64,000 nt of DNA from Macrostomum lignano (Eukaryota): positions 124,001-188,000 of the forward strand of contig NIVC01001486.1 in the NCBI GenBank assembly GCA_002269645.1, given 5' to 3'. This document shows positions 24,368 to 36,334 of this stretch, piece after piece. A program made the position numbers and the translations under genes. Each line of letters starts with the position of its first letter. Position 1 is the first letter of the stretch. A model generated the notes under the pieces. The model did no database searches. It was not told where the DNA came from and saw only the letters and a list, made by a program, of their open reading frames with translations.

Positions 24368-25278
24368 TGTTGTACTGCTAGTTTTCTCGAGATGGCCTGG
24401 TAGGTCTTGGTATCCCATTGCTGCCACCAGTGAAGTACAGAGCCTTGACTTTCCACATGTATTTTGAGTTCTGTCTTAAGTCTCGCGTCTCTTGGAAGTC
24501 TTCTTGTAGCTCTCAAAAGCGTAGGTAGTGCTGCTACCAGCCTTCGGTGAGGTGAGCTTCCCGTCGGAATCAACAAGTCAACGAACTCAGCACAGTGTGC
24601 ATATTTGAAGATTAATTGAAGATTAACAAACAAGGCGTCCGGTCAGCAGATCCGGGCAGTGGGTGGTTGGGAAGGCCGTGTTAGCCTCCTTTAGGCTTGG
24701 GCGTCTAAGTTAAGTCAGGCCAATAAAGGAAAGAGTTGATTGGACACTAAAACTGTCAAAAAATCTTCGGAAACTGAGAAACTAAGAACTAGAGAAACTC
24801 CTTGACTGAACCAAAGATGAGGAGGTCCGTATTTATAGCCTGGGAATCTTCAGTGCACCAATGTGCGTGAAACCTCGCTACTTGTTCTATTTTTAGAACT
24901 GACGTCACTTCCCGCCAGAGAGAAAGCAGGGGTCCCTGGTAAAAAGTGCACAGGGCCATGTGACTCAGTGTCTATTTTTAGAACATGGGTCACCTCTTAC
25001 TTTAGAGAAGGCAAGGGCCCCGGGGTACTTGATTCCTCAGTAAATACGGACCAGCAAGTGTTAGGACTTCGAGAAAACAAGACTTGTCATGTGACTTTCA
25101 ATGTCATGAAACAGGCCACTAGCATGACCTCAGGACAGGAACGAAACGCAGAGCAGGCCACAGCAAAGAAGCTCGTGGCTGCAGCAAGAGCGCAGAGAAG
25201 GGGGGCGACTTAGAATAAGCGGCAGCCAGCCCCCCATCGGCGAGGGCAATGGCGACACCAAACTGGCGGCTCACTACA
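24368..25278. mobile_element. Solo LTR (911 bp) with 4-bp TSD
   Basis: Begins TGTTGT, ends ACTACA, flanked by GTAC on both sides (24364-67, 25279-82). TATAAATA on minus strand near 24835. Confidence 0.75.
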
Positions 25279-25469
25279 GTACAGGCATAGTTACTACCGC
25301 CGTTTACTCAAAAAGCATCCCGATTTTTTAGGATAACACGATTCCTAAGCAATCATCTGTTCGAATTTTCTTTCAAATTATTGTTGCTTTCACTCTGCTT
25401 TATTCCGACATAGTCTAGAAGAAGAATATGTAATTTTTCATATAAGCTTTGAATGAGTTCACTTCCAGC

Positions 25470-25661
25470 TCTGAAATATTATGGGCATTATGGCACATCT
25501 GTGCTGCACACAACCCAAATTAAGAGGGTCTGAAGGTTGCTGTTAGTGCAGCGTGGACCAAGATGGATATGTATTACATCATCAAGGTATGCTCCAGCTC
25601 CAGGCCAGGGGCTCTGAAGGCATCAATTAAATACTCGTATTAACAGTTTTGCACCACCCAG
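25470..25661 (+). mobile_element. Tc1/mariner-type transposase C-terminal relic and right TIR
   Basis: Decayed frame ...AAWTKMDMYYIIKVCSS... resembles the post-catalytic helix of DD37D-type transposases; ends TTTTGCACCACCCAG|TA. Confidence 0.45.
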
Positions 25662-26433
25662 TATAGTTTCTTCATCTTGTCTGATATTTTACAGTTTATA
25701 CTATTTGTACTACTATTGGAATCGAAAACCCAGCTTAATGAATAAGAGCAGTCCTCAATCTCATTAAACTCCGTAATTAGTGATTTAATAAATTTTCTGT
25801 GACTCCGTCTCTAACAACAAGATAACATACCAGTAGTTCCACACTATAGTTACTTCAGTCGAAAATCAAATTTTAGCATTCAAAAAAATCTGTGGGTTGA
25901 TTCACTAACAAATCTTGGATTGACTATTTAAAGTAGTTAGCTCTAAGTAGAAGGAATTTTACATCACCTAAAAGTTCAATCGTCAACTTTAAAAGCAGTT
26001 GGTTTCCAATTTTAAATTAATATATATGGAAATGGAAATACGCTACGGCATTCGTCACAACGAGTTGCAAATCGAAAAGCCAATCAAATCTACTGAAGTT
26101 TATAAAACTCTGTTCCTCTGTCTCGATACGAAATGAACCGAATCAACGAGAAGAAATTCTGATTGATATATATACACATTACTATTGCATCTATGGTAAG
26201 TGAGTTAATAAATTTTCTCTACTTCATTATAGAATTTAAAACTAAATACATCTGAATAGTAAAATATTGAATAATGTATACATCACAATTTCGTTTTCTT
26301 AATTTGCTTTGTTAAGGTTTACAAAACAGGTAAGGCAAAACTAATAAGTTTTAAAGAGAATCAAAAACTTCTAAAATTCAGTTGGAACTAGTTTAATAAA
26401 ATATATAAGTTCATTTTTAATCCAAATAAAAAT

Positions 26434-26665
26434 CTGGTTCAGACTAGTGGTTAGAGTGTCGGACTCACTACTGAAAGATCGAGGGGTTCGATTCTCGACC
26501 CACTCGGAGCAATTTGCGTCCTTGAGCAATCCGCTTAACTGTAAAATGGGTGCCAGAATTAAATGGGGTTATCGAGGGTGTGTGGCGACTTCCAATCCAT
26601 GGACTGAACAGCCGTACGCAGCCTTGAGATGCACCGCGCAATAGCTGCGGCTGAGCTGTCGGTTG
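26434..26665 (+). mobile_element. tRNA-derived SINE (family 1, second copy)
   Basis: CTAGTGGTTAGAG A-box, GGTTCGATTCTC B-box, body blocks CTGTAAAATGGGTGCCAG and GGACTGAACAGCCGTA as in 2950-3178. Confidence 0.75.
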
Positions 26666-27250
26666 CAAATCTGGTTCATTGGGGCGGGTTTAATCAGTTG
26701 TTATTGTAAAATATAATGCAGAAACTAAAAATACTTGGTAATAAACGTAAAATGTTCCATAAAAATGGCAGAAAATTTGCATTTCACAGAATAATCTGAA
26801 CGTGCTTTGCTTTCATCTGTGTTGTCATCTAAACTGTGAAATCCCCAATTTTCCTTTTTTAGTTTCCGGCTTTCATCCGGGCAATCGGCGCTACTGATTT
26901 TTAACTGTTAATGACAGCTGAGCTCAAGTTACAGTGAAAATTTCAAATTCTTGGTGCAATATTCCTGCAGTTGAACTTATTGCATTATGGACTTTTTTGA
27001 TAATTTATTTTTTTGAAATTTTTGACTAGCTAATCTGGCATTTTTTATTAAGCCTTGATCGTTTACTGTGCTACTGATTGACTTGTTACTAAAGCTTTTT
27101 ATCTGTTAAACTTCTGAATGCATTTTTCGAATGGTTAATAAACAGAAGCAACTATTTCTTTTAAAATGTGAAACAATTGAAAAAATATTTACAAGAATAT
27201 GCTGTCGCAAAATAAAAGCAATCAATTGATGCCTTTATCGAACTCGTTCT

Positions 27251-27650
27251 TTGACTCAGCTGCAGAGGGCTCCCGACATCCGGATGCAGCGAGGAGGCTT
27301 TGCCGCCCATTCCGCTAACCCCTGGCGACCACGGCAGCTAGTCCAGGAGGTGGATGGTCGCTCGCCCGGTAGCCCTTAGGTAGCGGACGAGCTGGCAGAG
27401 ATTCTCGGGCCTGAAAACGTCGGGAAAAGTCCGGGTTTGGGCTGAGGTAGGTGAGCCTGACCTGAGTAAAGGCGGGGTATTCACAGATGAAGTGCTCCGC
27501 ATTCTTGACACTGGAGAGGCAGAATGGGCATTCCTCACTGCGGATTTTTCCCTGGAGAAAGTGACGATGTCTGGCAAAATAGCCATGAAACGAGAGGTCC
27601 ATGCATGTTTACCGCTCTGATGCCCCTGTGGTTGAGTCGAAGCGGGGCCT
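27251..27650 (-). mobile_element. 5'-truncated LOA/I-group LINE 3' end
   Basis: [40 protein letters not shown] cysteine-knuckle region; closely similar to 59270-59590. Confidence 0.85.
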
Positions 27651-28136
27651 AACTCGGTTATTTGGCTGTTGCTTTCAATACTTGGTTCAGTTGGGTAGAG
27701 TTTAGAATGATGGGAAAAATTATGGCTTTTTAGGTACGGACCTAAATAACAAGAGTTGGTATTTTGCCAGTGTCGTGGAAATTCCATGGATTGTATAGGG
27801 AGCAAATCATTTGCACACATCCCATCGGCATTTTCAGCTCATGTCCTAGGCAGCTACTATAGCAAGAATGCTGCAGGTCAATGCTCAGTGGAATTCTAGG
27901 CAGAGAGATACAGTTTACAGACCCTTGCCATTGGGCTGGCCCCCTACTACATGTATAAGGCAACTCCTATTCCTTAATCCAAATGTCTAAGTGGGTGAAG
28001 ACTAGAGCGCTTTGTCGGCTCTGTCGATTGAGTGGCGGAAGTTCCTCCTTTCTAAAGACAACATCCCAACTTGCGAAAGTTCGAATACGTTTGAACTCTG
28101 ATTGATGACGTCCCTCCGGTTTAGAAAAGCTTAAGC

Positions 28137-28373
28137 CAGGGGCGTCGCCACATACGGGGAATAGGGGGGGGGAGGCAGTAGAAAACTATCACCTGCACCC
28201 CCATAATTGGTGCCTGCAAAATTGGTAACGGCAAAATTGGTGCCTGCAGCGGCGCCAAAATGAGTGCCTGCGATGCCAAAATGAGTGCTAACAACGCCGA
28301 TTCTCGAAAATAATGTACATGTACGAATTCTAGCCTATGCCCCGCCCCCAAAATGTCTATGGCGACACCCCTA
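28137..28373. mobile_element. hAT-like MITE
   Basis: CAGGGGCGTCGCCA ... TGGCGACACCCCTA termini; internal AAAAT(T/G)GTGCCTGC repeats. No clean TSD. Confidence 0.6.
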
Positions 28374-29050
28374 GGAAGCACAGGAAACCATCGTTCCCAA
28401 AGAAGGAATTGACCTGGATAGCCATGAGGCGGGACGCTAGCTGCTTTGCTGCTTGAAGAGCATTAATAAATACGAGTAAGATGAAGGCTTTGGTCAGTGA
28501 GCAGAAGATTCTGGGGAAGGAAGACGATAAGCTGCAATCAAGAAGCGAAGGATCAGTGAGAATTAAGTTGACGAACCAAGCCATTGCAAGGTTGCCAGGC
28601 AGCAGCTAGGTGATTTATTGGTTAAAAAACACATGGATGGAATTGAACACGCACGTTCCCACTTTTTTCTTGTCCGTCTTGTTGTGTCGCGGGTTCTGCT
28701 ATTTTTTTAAATTTATACAGGGTACTTTGTAGGGCGCATGTTTTTCTTGCTTCTTGTGCATGAATATAGTGTCAACACTAGGTTTGGGTTTTTTCTGTCA
28801 ATGTGTTCGCTTTTTATATTTTGGCCTACATGGTAGCTGTAGCAGCACTGTGTCAATCATGAGCCGTCACCCGTGGTAAAGCGAAGAATTATTAATTAAT
28901 AGGTTTCGAAGCTGAGTGTAAAATATAGGTTTATTTGTTTTGTTTAAGTGCACGGTACGTGATTAAAACAAGAGTGATTGGGAAGCGAGAAGCAAGTCTA
29001 CGAGCTACGTTTAGCTAGAAACGAAGGGTGTATGGAGTTCATGTTTCTAA

Positions 29051-29511
29051 GGGTGGGTTTCACAAACGCGAAATTTCATAACCGCTAAAAGCACTTGCTT
29101 TCATAAACGCGAAACTTCACAAACGCGAAACTTCACAACCGCGAAACTTCACAACCGCTAAATCACCTACTTTCATAAGCGCTAAATTTCATAAACGCGA
29201 AACTTCACAACCGCAAAATTTTTTGCTGTCACTCACAAACGCGAAACTTCACAACCGCGAAACTTCACAAACGCGAAACTTCACAACCGCTAAATGTCAT
29301 CTACTTTCACAACCGCGAAACTTCACAACCGCTAAAAAGACTGCAGTATATGAAAGTTTGTGCAAAATTTTTAGCGGTTGTGAAGTTTCGCGTTTATGAA
29401 AGTGACTGCAAAAAAGTTAGCGGTTGTGAAGTTTCGCGTTTGTGAAGTTTCGCGTTTGTGAAAGCAAGTGCTTTTAGCGGTTATGAAATTTCGCGTTTGT
29501 GAAACCCACCC
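29051..29511. mobile_element. Foldback element with long inverted arms of CGCGAAACTTCACAA repeats
   Basis: GGGTGGGTTTCACAAACGCG... / ...CGCGTTTGTGAAACCCACCC; arms mirror each other for >100 bp. Confidence 0.85.
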
Positions 29512-30780
29512 CGCGAAGGTCACGGATGTTGTCCGGGTGGTCAGAGGGTGGCCGAGGTATTTATGCCGCGCATTATTGAAGTAAGGGCGGAAGGTGACGT
29601 GATGCTCCACGGTCTCCTCTCCTATGCCACAGAAAGTACAGGTGGAAAGGCAACCGGTTTGCAAGGAGAATGTCTCTGGAAGAATCCATGGCCGGTTAGG
29701 ACCATGCACGTCTCACTGAGGTCGGTTCTGTTAAGTGATATCAGATATTCAGACTTCTGTTCAGGTTAAGCATTGCAGAGCGGGTCTGCCTGTAGTCGTT
29801 GCAGCTGTTCCAGTGGAGCTGATGGACCTGTTGATATGGCGGTTGACTTGCGACCTAGGCATGGGTTAGCCTCGGGGGGCCGTAGCCCAGCGGTAGCGCA
29901 GCTGCTCTGGTGTGCCAGCGACCCAGGCTCGATTCCAAGTGAAGTCACATTAATTTGGGGCTGAATTGGAATCTCGGCTTGGCTCTGCTCGTGCAATTAA
30001 CGGCCTTGAGAGCCAACCCCCAAGGCGCAGTTAAGTGTACATGCCTAACGATAATATAAAGTTAGGGCCGCTGTACACTCCTGTGTGAGTGTGTGCCTGC
30101 GTACGTATCCGCGCGCTTGTATGCCATGCTCAGGGGAGTCGGCGGAATGGGCAGTAATGCCTATCGCCGGTTGTGTGCCTATGTCTCTTAAAGTGCGCCA
30201 GTGTGCACACAACCCCCCTGCCTCTAATAAAAACAAAAACTGGGTAGCCTCATCAGACGGTGGTTGCCGTCTGGGTTGCTGCCCTCCTTGGTGAGAGAAT
30301 CCGCGAGCTCCGCGTTGCCCAGGATATTGTTGTGGACCGGGTGTTCAGATAGCTCGTATGTAATTCTAATCCTGTTAAGGACTGAAAGGGCCGGATTGCA
30401 CACTGCGGCGGCATTGTGAGATGCTGTTGTAGCGGAGATTTTCTTGGTGCAATAAGGACCTCGATAGATCGTAGCGGCTTGGCTATCAGTGTAAAAATGA
30501 ATATTAAATTATTAATATTCGCCTGGAGCAAGTGCTGAGCGCACTGCTCAATGGCGCAAATTTCGGCTTGCAAAACTGAGGTGCAGACTTTCCTGAAAGA
30601 GCATTTTACCCTCGTGGAAGATGGCAATACCCGCTCCAACGCGGCCGTTGAACAACGAGCCGTCGGTGAAGCAGTGAATGCCCTGGCTATGACGGTTCAC
30701 GCCGACATCCAGCGGAAAGCTGTCTCGACCAGTGATGGCCGTATAAAAGTCCCTCCTGATGTTAAGAGCAGGGAGGCGAG
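29512..30780 (-). mobile_element. Degenerate LOA/I-group LINE (RNase H to Cys-knuckle), interrupted by a SINE
   Basis: [66 protein letters not shown] across frameshifts. Confidence 0.8.
29875..30060 (+). mobile_element. tRNA-derived SINE (family 2) inserted in LINE relic
   Basis: GGGGCCGTAGCCCAGCGGTAG A-box and GGCTCGATTCC B-box followed by a non-tRNA body. Confidence 0.6.
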
Positions 30781-31185
30781 TAACTAATAATTGTATATGT
30801 AGTAACGTAGCTTGCGCTGCGCTTATTTCTGTATAGCTACATGTACCATAGCTACAGCACAATACACTCGAATATTCCTCAAAATGTAGCTTGCGTAGAT
30901 CCTTTGCAGGCACCATTAAATTTAATCCATTAAACTTTTATTGATTCCTTGTCAATCAGAAGCAGTCGCCTAAAGGTTCTATCGAATATATTTTGCTTCA
31001 CGTATAGCTAAATTGCTTTGCAGACATTACAATATTGTGACTAATATATCCTCATTTTCAGTATGAAAATTTACTTGCGTTGAGTTTGCTCAGAGCTGCA
31101 ATTCTGTTAGGCGTTTCCGTGTGTGACAAAGTCAATTCGGGATTCCCGAATGTAGTAGATCTACTATAATATGCGATGCAGAAAT

Positions 31186-31421
31186 TCAGCCTCGAACAAA
31201 GTACACTCCATCGGTGCTGCTCAGGTTGGCAGGCGGGTAGGCGAACCTCAGCAGGTGGCACAGGCGCTGCTGGCCAGAGAAAATCACAGCCTGGCAGTCG
31301 GGGTTGGCCTCGCACAGAGTCACGCAGCCAACATCGGCTGCTGCTGCTCGACTCCAGTAGGTCAGCCAGGTCGCTTCCACCGTCAGGGCCGGCATGGCAG
31401 CCCTTCTGAAGCAGGTTTTGT
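31186..31421 (-). CDS. WSC-PAN gene A, exon 2 (PAN/apple-like domain)
   Basis: TTTCGCAG acceptor, phase 1; CVTLCEANPDCQAVIFSGQQRLCHLL; TGA at 31186-88. Confidence 0.82.
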
Positions 31422-32405
31422 CTGCGAAATTCGGTTGAAGCATTGTTGAATTACATGTGCGAGATGCTGCATGACCGTTAGACAGGCTAATTGAAGTCCT
31501 GCAGTGACTACTAACTGCAGTTATACTTAATTGTAGGATGCTGGTTGCCAGATTTTCTATTTTGTAGGTCACTTCCAAATTGTAAATTTGAAGAAGGTAA
31601 TGGTACTTACATACAGAAAGAAGATAAATGAAATCAGATTAGCAATAATTCATTGGATAGAAACTACGTAATTAAGATCAAAGGGTGATTACTTTTGTTG
31701 GTTAAACGTTAATCCCTTTCAAAACTTGCAAAAGGAAACAAAATCACCAAGCTAACAAGGAACGAGAAGTATGTATAATAATCTACTAAAACGAGGAGAA
31801 TGTCTATGCTCGCTTCGCTCGCATTTTTTCCTTTGGTACTTTCTGTTGCCTCGGAGATTCTGCATAGACATTCTCCTCGTTTCAGTTGGTTATTGAAGTG
31901 TAATTCCACGAATGCAAGGAACGGAGAATATATTGACTAGATTCGCGGAGATAATGAGTATTCTCCGCCCCCTGTATTCGCAGGACACGTTTTGTCTATG
32001 GTAGAAGAAAGTGTTCAATCAACCTCACTCTGGCTCACGGCCTTAACTTTATTGTCTATGGCAGCGGAGGTTACTTAGTGAGAATCTCCGCTAGCAAAGC
32101 ACTAACGACATAGACAAGGCGTACAGGCAAAGTGGGATACATACGTACCATGAATACACTAGACTCGATACCATACCACTGAGCAGCTCACATCTGATAC
32201 TTGCACCAAAGTGTTCAATTCTGTGTGATTCTCTCCCACCTATCCCCAAGGCACAGAGTACGTGTATACATAGAGCTGAAGATTAATTAGAAAGAGCATG
32301 AGGCCTGCTGTGCACTCTGTACATGTCTTCTGCATGCGAGTGCTCAGGAGTGAATAGAATAGCCATTCGAGCTAGCCTCATCGCCAGCTGCAAGTCGGCA
32401 CTCAC

Positions 32406-32802
32406 TCGGGTAGGTCAGCGCAAACACGGAGTTCTTGTACGCGTCTCCGCATGTCTGAGAGCCGTTTCCCCGGCAAGCGGTGCTGCACTCGCTCTCCGCA
32501 GCAGTTCCGTGCGATCCGTAGGACTTGCCACAGAAGCACTGACGGCCCACCTGGACACCGAAGTACGGAAAACCGCCCAGAGAGCAGACGCTGCTGCACA
32601 GCTCGTGACTCTGCTGGCTGGTCTTCACTCCGGTCGTGACGCTGAACTCACCGATTCTACTCACGCCATCCAGTCCGTTCAAGTCCCTGACCGAGTTGTC
32701 CTTGTAGCAGCCGACATAGGAGAACTGGACCTCTCTGGTAGACACGCTGGCTGCCAGAACAGCCAGGATGCAGGATGCTTGGATGGACACTAGCCCAAGC
32801 AT
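32406..32802 (-). CDS. WSC-PAN gene A, exon 1 (signal peptide + WSC domain); 210 aa total
   Basis: Hydrophobic leader; YVGCYKD..RDL...C...C...YFGVQ.GRQCFCG...C...C.G...CG...NSVF with 8 Cys; A|GTGAGT donor; 397+236 = 633 nt. Confidence 0.88.
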
Positions 32803-34343
32803 TGCAAGCTTGGAATTGACGGAAACTCTTTAGGCAGCTCCCTTTTAAACAAATAATTTTTGTCTGCTCGCGGTAGTTTTATGCAAGACACTGCTGCTGA
32901 ATTGTGCAAACTAAAAGTAAATGCCATCTATACTACTGAGAAAAAAGTAGATTCCTCCGTTATCGGTTTGCTTTACTCTGTAAATTAGTCACAATTATTC
33001 ATCTGTTTGTTTCTCTACTTTGAGATGTGGATGAGGCCAAGTTTGACCCAGAAAAGATATGCTGTGAGAAGCCCCAAACTACTGGAGCAGCCCCCTAGGA
33101 GATTTGTTCAAGCAGGTTCTGAAGGTCTTTGTATTGAGTCAGTCACATTAAGAGCTGGCTTGAATGCCTGCTTGTAACAACCTATCTGAAAGTACATGTG
33201 GGGGAGTTTAATAAATAAGAGTTACCATCTGAGATTGCTTTAAAATATCGTATTATTTCCGGTTATCTCAGAAAATTATTGCAAATTTTATGAATTTTAG
33301 CTAGAGAATTCAACAAAGCATAGCCATCCCCAGTTGCGACGACAGCCTCCCAAGGAGTTCTGTAAAATCTGCCATTTTTGAATGAAAAATGTCCTATAAA
33401 TATCCCCTTCAAAGCCAAATAGATTGAAACAATAGTTAGACTGTGCAATGTAATTCATTCAAAAAGCGGCAAAGTTTTTTTCTATCATATGCTGAATTTT
33501 TTAAAGATAAACTAAACATGCAATGGTGCAGTGTTAAACAAATAATGCACACTGAAGATAGGTCAAAGCAAACACTGAGGGAGTTTTGACTCAAGTCACC
33601 CCGTAGTCATAGTAACAGAGGCCTTCACTTTGGTTGTCTTTCGCGCTAAAATATTAGATAATGAAATATCTACATGGACCGAGCGCGTGCCGACATACAT
33701 GTAGTAGATGTCAACCAAAAGCTAGAAAGGTGCAGGCCGTTACTATAAAGTGATGCCTCTTTGGTAAAACAAGCATTTTTAGTGTTGCTCCTGGTGCTCT
33801 GTGATCGGTGGTTGGAATCGATGTGTCTTCTAGGAGTATAGTTTATAACAAAAAATGGGTTGGCGCTTTGTATCTTATTGTTGAATACGCGACCGGTGAG
33901 ACACCGGATGACTTACTTTGAGTAGTAAGAACTACAGTTAGTTTAACTTTCTCTCTTCTAATCTACACTACTTTACCTGACTCATTTGGGGAGGATTTCG
34001 CCTTGTGAAAAACATTTTAAAGCTTATCCTTGAAGCATTGGTTTTTTGTAGAAAAATCTGGGAGCATGTGTCTCGCAGCACTTTTTCCCAGACATTTTTT
34101 GCGTTGCTGCTGGTGAATTCACCAGTGACGGCTTGAGATTTTTCTGAGTTTTTGCAGACGCATAGAGTTAGCTCGTAATAGGCTTTAGAATTTTTCAAGT
34201 TTTTCTGCTCAGTGAAGAATCTGCCACTCTACTGTCTACTCTGCAATGTGGATAGCGCCAAGGATACTCAAAAGAGGTGGTGTAGTGGGAATCACAATGG
34301 TACTCATGCTGACAAGCGCTCGCTTCCATCGATCGGCACCCAA

Positions 34344-34345
<2 letters not shown>

Positions 34346-34434
<89 letters not shown>
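34346..34434. repeat. (CT)n microsatellite in duplicated flanking module
   Basis: Direct reading; paralogous tracts at ~55146-55295 and ~56311-56376 share flanks. Confidence 0.97.
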
Positions 34435-34437
<3 letters not shown>

Positions 34438-35106
34438 CTGTGGCTCCTTACCTCAGTTCATTGATGTTGAGAAGTCTACAGATGTCTTGAACAGCTACCC
34501 TGTTGGACAGTCGACATGCAGAATATGCGGTTCTGAGAAAAACAAAAACTCTAGCTAATCACCAAATAAGCTTTCTTGCCAACTTGATGGATAGCTAAAC
34601 GTTAAACCAAAGTGCAGGTATGCATGCCTAAGAGCTTGTAGAAGGTGGCAACAGGTGCGCATTTCCATGAAAAATCTCTTAAGAAAAAATTACAAGGTAA
34701 GGATTGTAGAATACTTTTTAAGTCATGACAAAATTTATTTAATTTTATCAAGAATTTTTGTTTTAAAGATTAGGTCTGCAGGAATATATCTGTATTAGCC
34801 ATTCATTAAAGCTGTTTCATCATTTAACATCAATTAAACAAGTGGCGTACGAGACCGATAACCAAATCACTTCTGACAAGTTGCTGTACTGGTTTAACCA
34901 CGTGTTTGCCTATGCGTCCCAAACTGGTGGTCAGCTAGGCAAACATTTGTTATTCAAGATAGCTATATGAATATTTAAACATGAAGCAGAACCAATATGA
35001 ATCACTTCTGCTTTAAAATTACGTCAGGATTATCAAGCAGAATTCTATTCAGTGTTTTTTATTAGATCAAACAGATGATCGCGGCTTCATCCAGACCCAC
35101 TCAGCC

Positions 35107-35351
35107 TTACAGCTTCATCCAGACCCACTCAGTCTCGCTGGCCACCTCAGCGGGCACAGCGGCGAATCTCAGCAGGCGGCACATGCGGCTCGAAGGCACG
35201 AAGGCGCAGGCCTGACAGTCTGGGCTTCGCTGGCAGGCGGCAGCGCACTGGATGGGGCTCTTGGCAGAGACGCTGCTGTGAGTGACGGAGCTCGCGGAGG
35301 CTGTGATGTTCGGCAGAGACGTCACGGGCAGTTTCGGCATCACCGGATCGA
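35107..35351 (-). CDS. WSC-PAN gene B, exon 2 (PAN/apple-like domain)
   Basis: CCTTCTGCAG|TC acceptor, phase 1; QCAAACQRSPDCQACAFVPSSRMCRLL; TAA at 35107-09. Confidence 0.85.
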
Positions 35352-35548
35352 CTGCAGAAGGGTTGGTTGGAAATATATATTTTCTGAAATACTGTTGTCA
35401 GCCAGCTATATTGTAATATTACTGGTAAAATCGCCCTTGCAGTTCAAACTACCTTCAAAGATGACTTGAGAACACAACGTTTTTAAGTGGTCCTCATCTA
35501 AATTAACCTGTGTTTACGCTTATATGAGCTGTTAATCAGAACGCTTAC

Positions 35549-35978
35549 TTGGTGAGTAAGTCAATTCGTACATAGAATTTCTAAATCCTCCACCGCAAAT
35601 CTGAGCCGAGTTTCCGCTGCAAGCTGAGCTGCAATTGCCAGCCGGTGCGATGCCGTGCGATCCGTAGGCCGAGCCGCAGCAGCAGAAGCTGTGGTGCTGA
35701 ACTCCAAAGTAGCGAAATCGACCGTAAGAGCACATCTGGCTGCACAGTTGCAGTGTCATCTTGGTGCCATCATAAAAAAATGCTGGGACACTGGGGTGAG
35801 TCTCAAACTGTCCGAACTTTTTGACTCCCTCCAGTCCTACAAGATCTCGGTTGCCATCAGCGCCATCCACGTAGCAGCCGAGGTGGCGAAACTCCAACGG
35901 TTGAGGTGGCACCGAAGCAGCGGCGAAGCGTCCGGAACCGGCTGCCCAGCAGAGCAGCAGAGCGCAGAGTTTCAGCAT
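35549..35978 (-). CDS. WSC-PAN gene B, exon 1 (signal peptide + WSC); 224 aa total
   Basis: MLKLCALLLCWAAG leader; LGCYVD..RDL...MTLQLCSQMC...YFGVQ...CCCG...CGG..RNSMY; A|GTAAGC donor; 430+245 = 675 nt. Confidence 0.88.
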
Positions 35979-36072
35979 TGGGAAAAAAACTAGAGAGTGA
36001 CCGAACTGCAGCTTCTGAGACGCTTCTTCTGATTCAGGTAAGAAATTCAAACATTATATTTTCTGGTAGAAG

Positions 36073-36107
36073 CCAATGGAGATCCACCAACGCTGTGCAA
36101 GGATTGG
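36073..36107 (-). promoter_or_regulatory. Paired opposed CCAAT boxes upstream of type-2 WSC-PAN genes
   Basis: AGCCAATG and GATTGGCT conserved 95-130 bp upstream of the ATG in B, C (37283, 37318) and G (58890, 58925); ATTGG also upstream of D (46864, 46878). Function inferred. Confidence 0.45.
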
Positions 36108-36207
36108 CTGAGGTTTCACCCTAATAGGAAAAAGGGATCGATCACTGATGAGTAGCAAGACAGGAATGGATCTGACATCTCTGATACTGTGTTCAAAAAG
36201 TTCAAAA

Positions 36208-36219
36208 GATGGATAGATG

Positions 36220-36276
<57 letters not shown>
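36208..36276. repeat. (GATA)n microsatellite at the B/C tandem junction
   Basis: Direct reading; lies between the upstream region of B and the 3' end of C. Confidence 0.95.
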
Positions 36277-36334
36277 CCTCACAGCTTCATCCTGACCCAC
36301 TCAGCCTCACAGCTTCATCCAGACCTACCCAGCC

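Noticed and set aside
29875-29945. SINE heads (also 26434, 3178) as functional tRNA genes
   Set aside because: No complete cloverleaf or acceptor stem pairing, and each continues into a SINE body.
35655-35993. Plus-strand ORFs overlapping WSC, KH, CHD and Gypsy coding regions
   Set aside because: Antisense or alternative-frame shadows of GC-rich coding sequence.
35979-36050. N-terminal extension of ORF 35532..36050 (and 46792-46845 for gene D)
   Set aside because: Uses non-ATG starts; downstream ATGs begin proper signal peptides, and for B the same ATG is conserved in C and G.
36140-36170. CTGATGAG upstream of B and G (58967) as hammerheads
   Set aside because: No stem II or GAAA follows.
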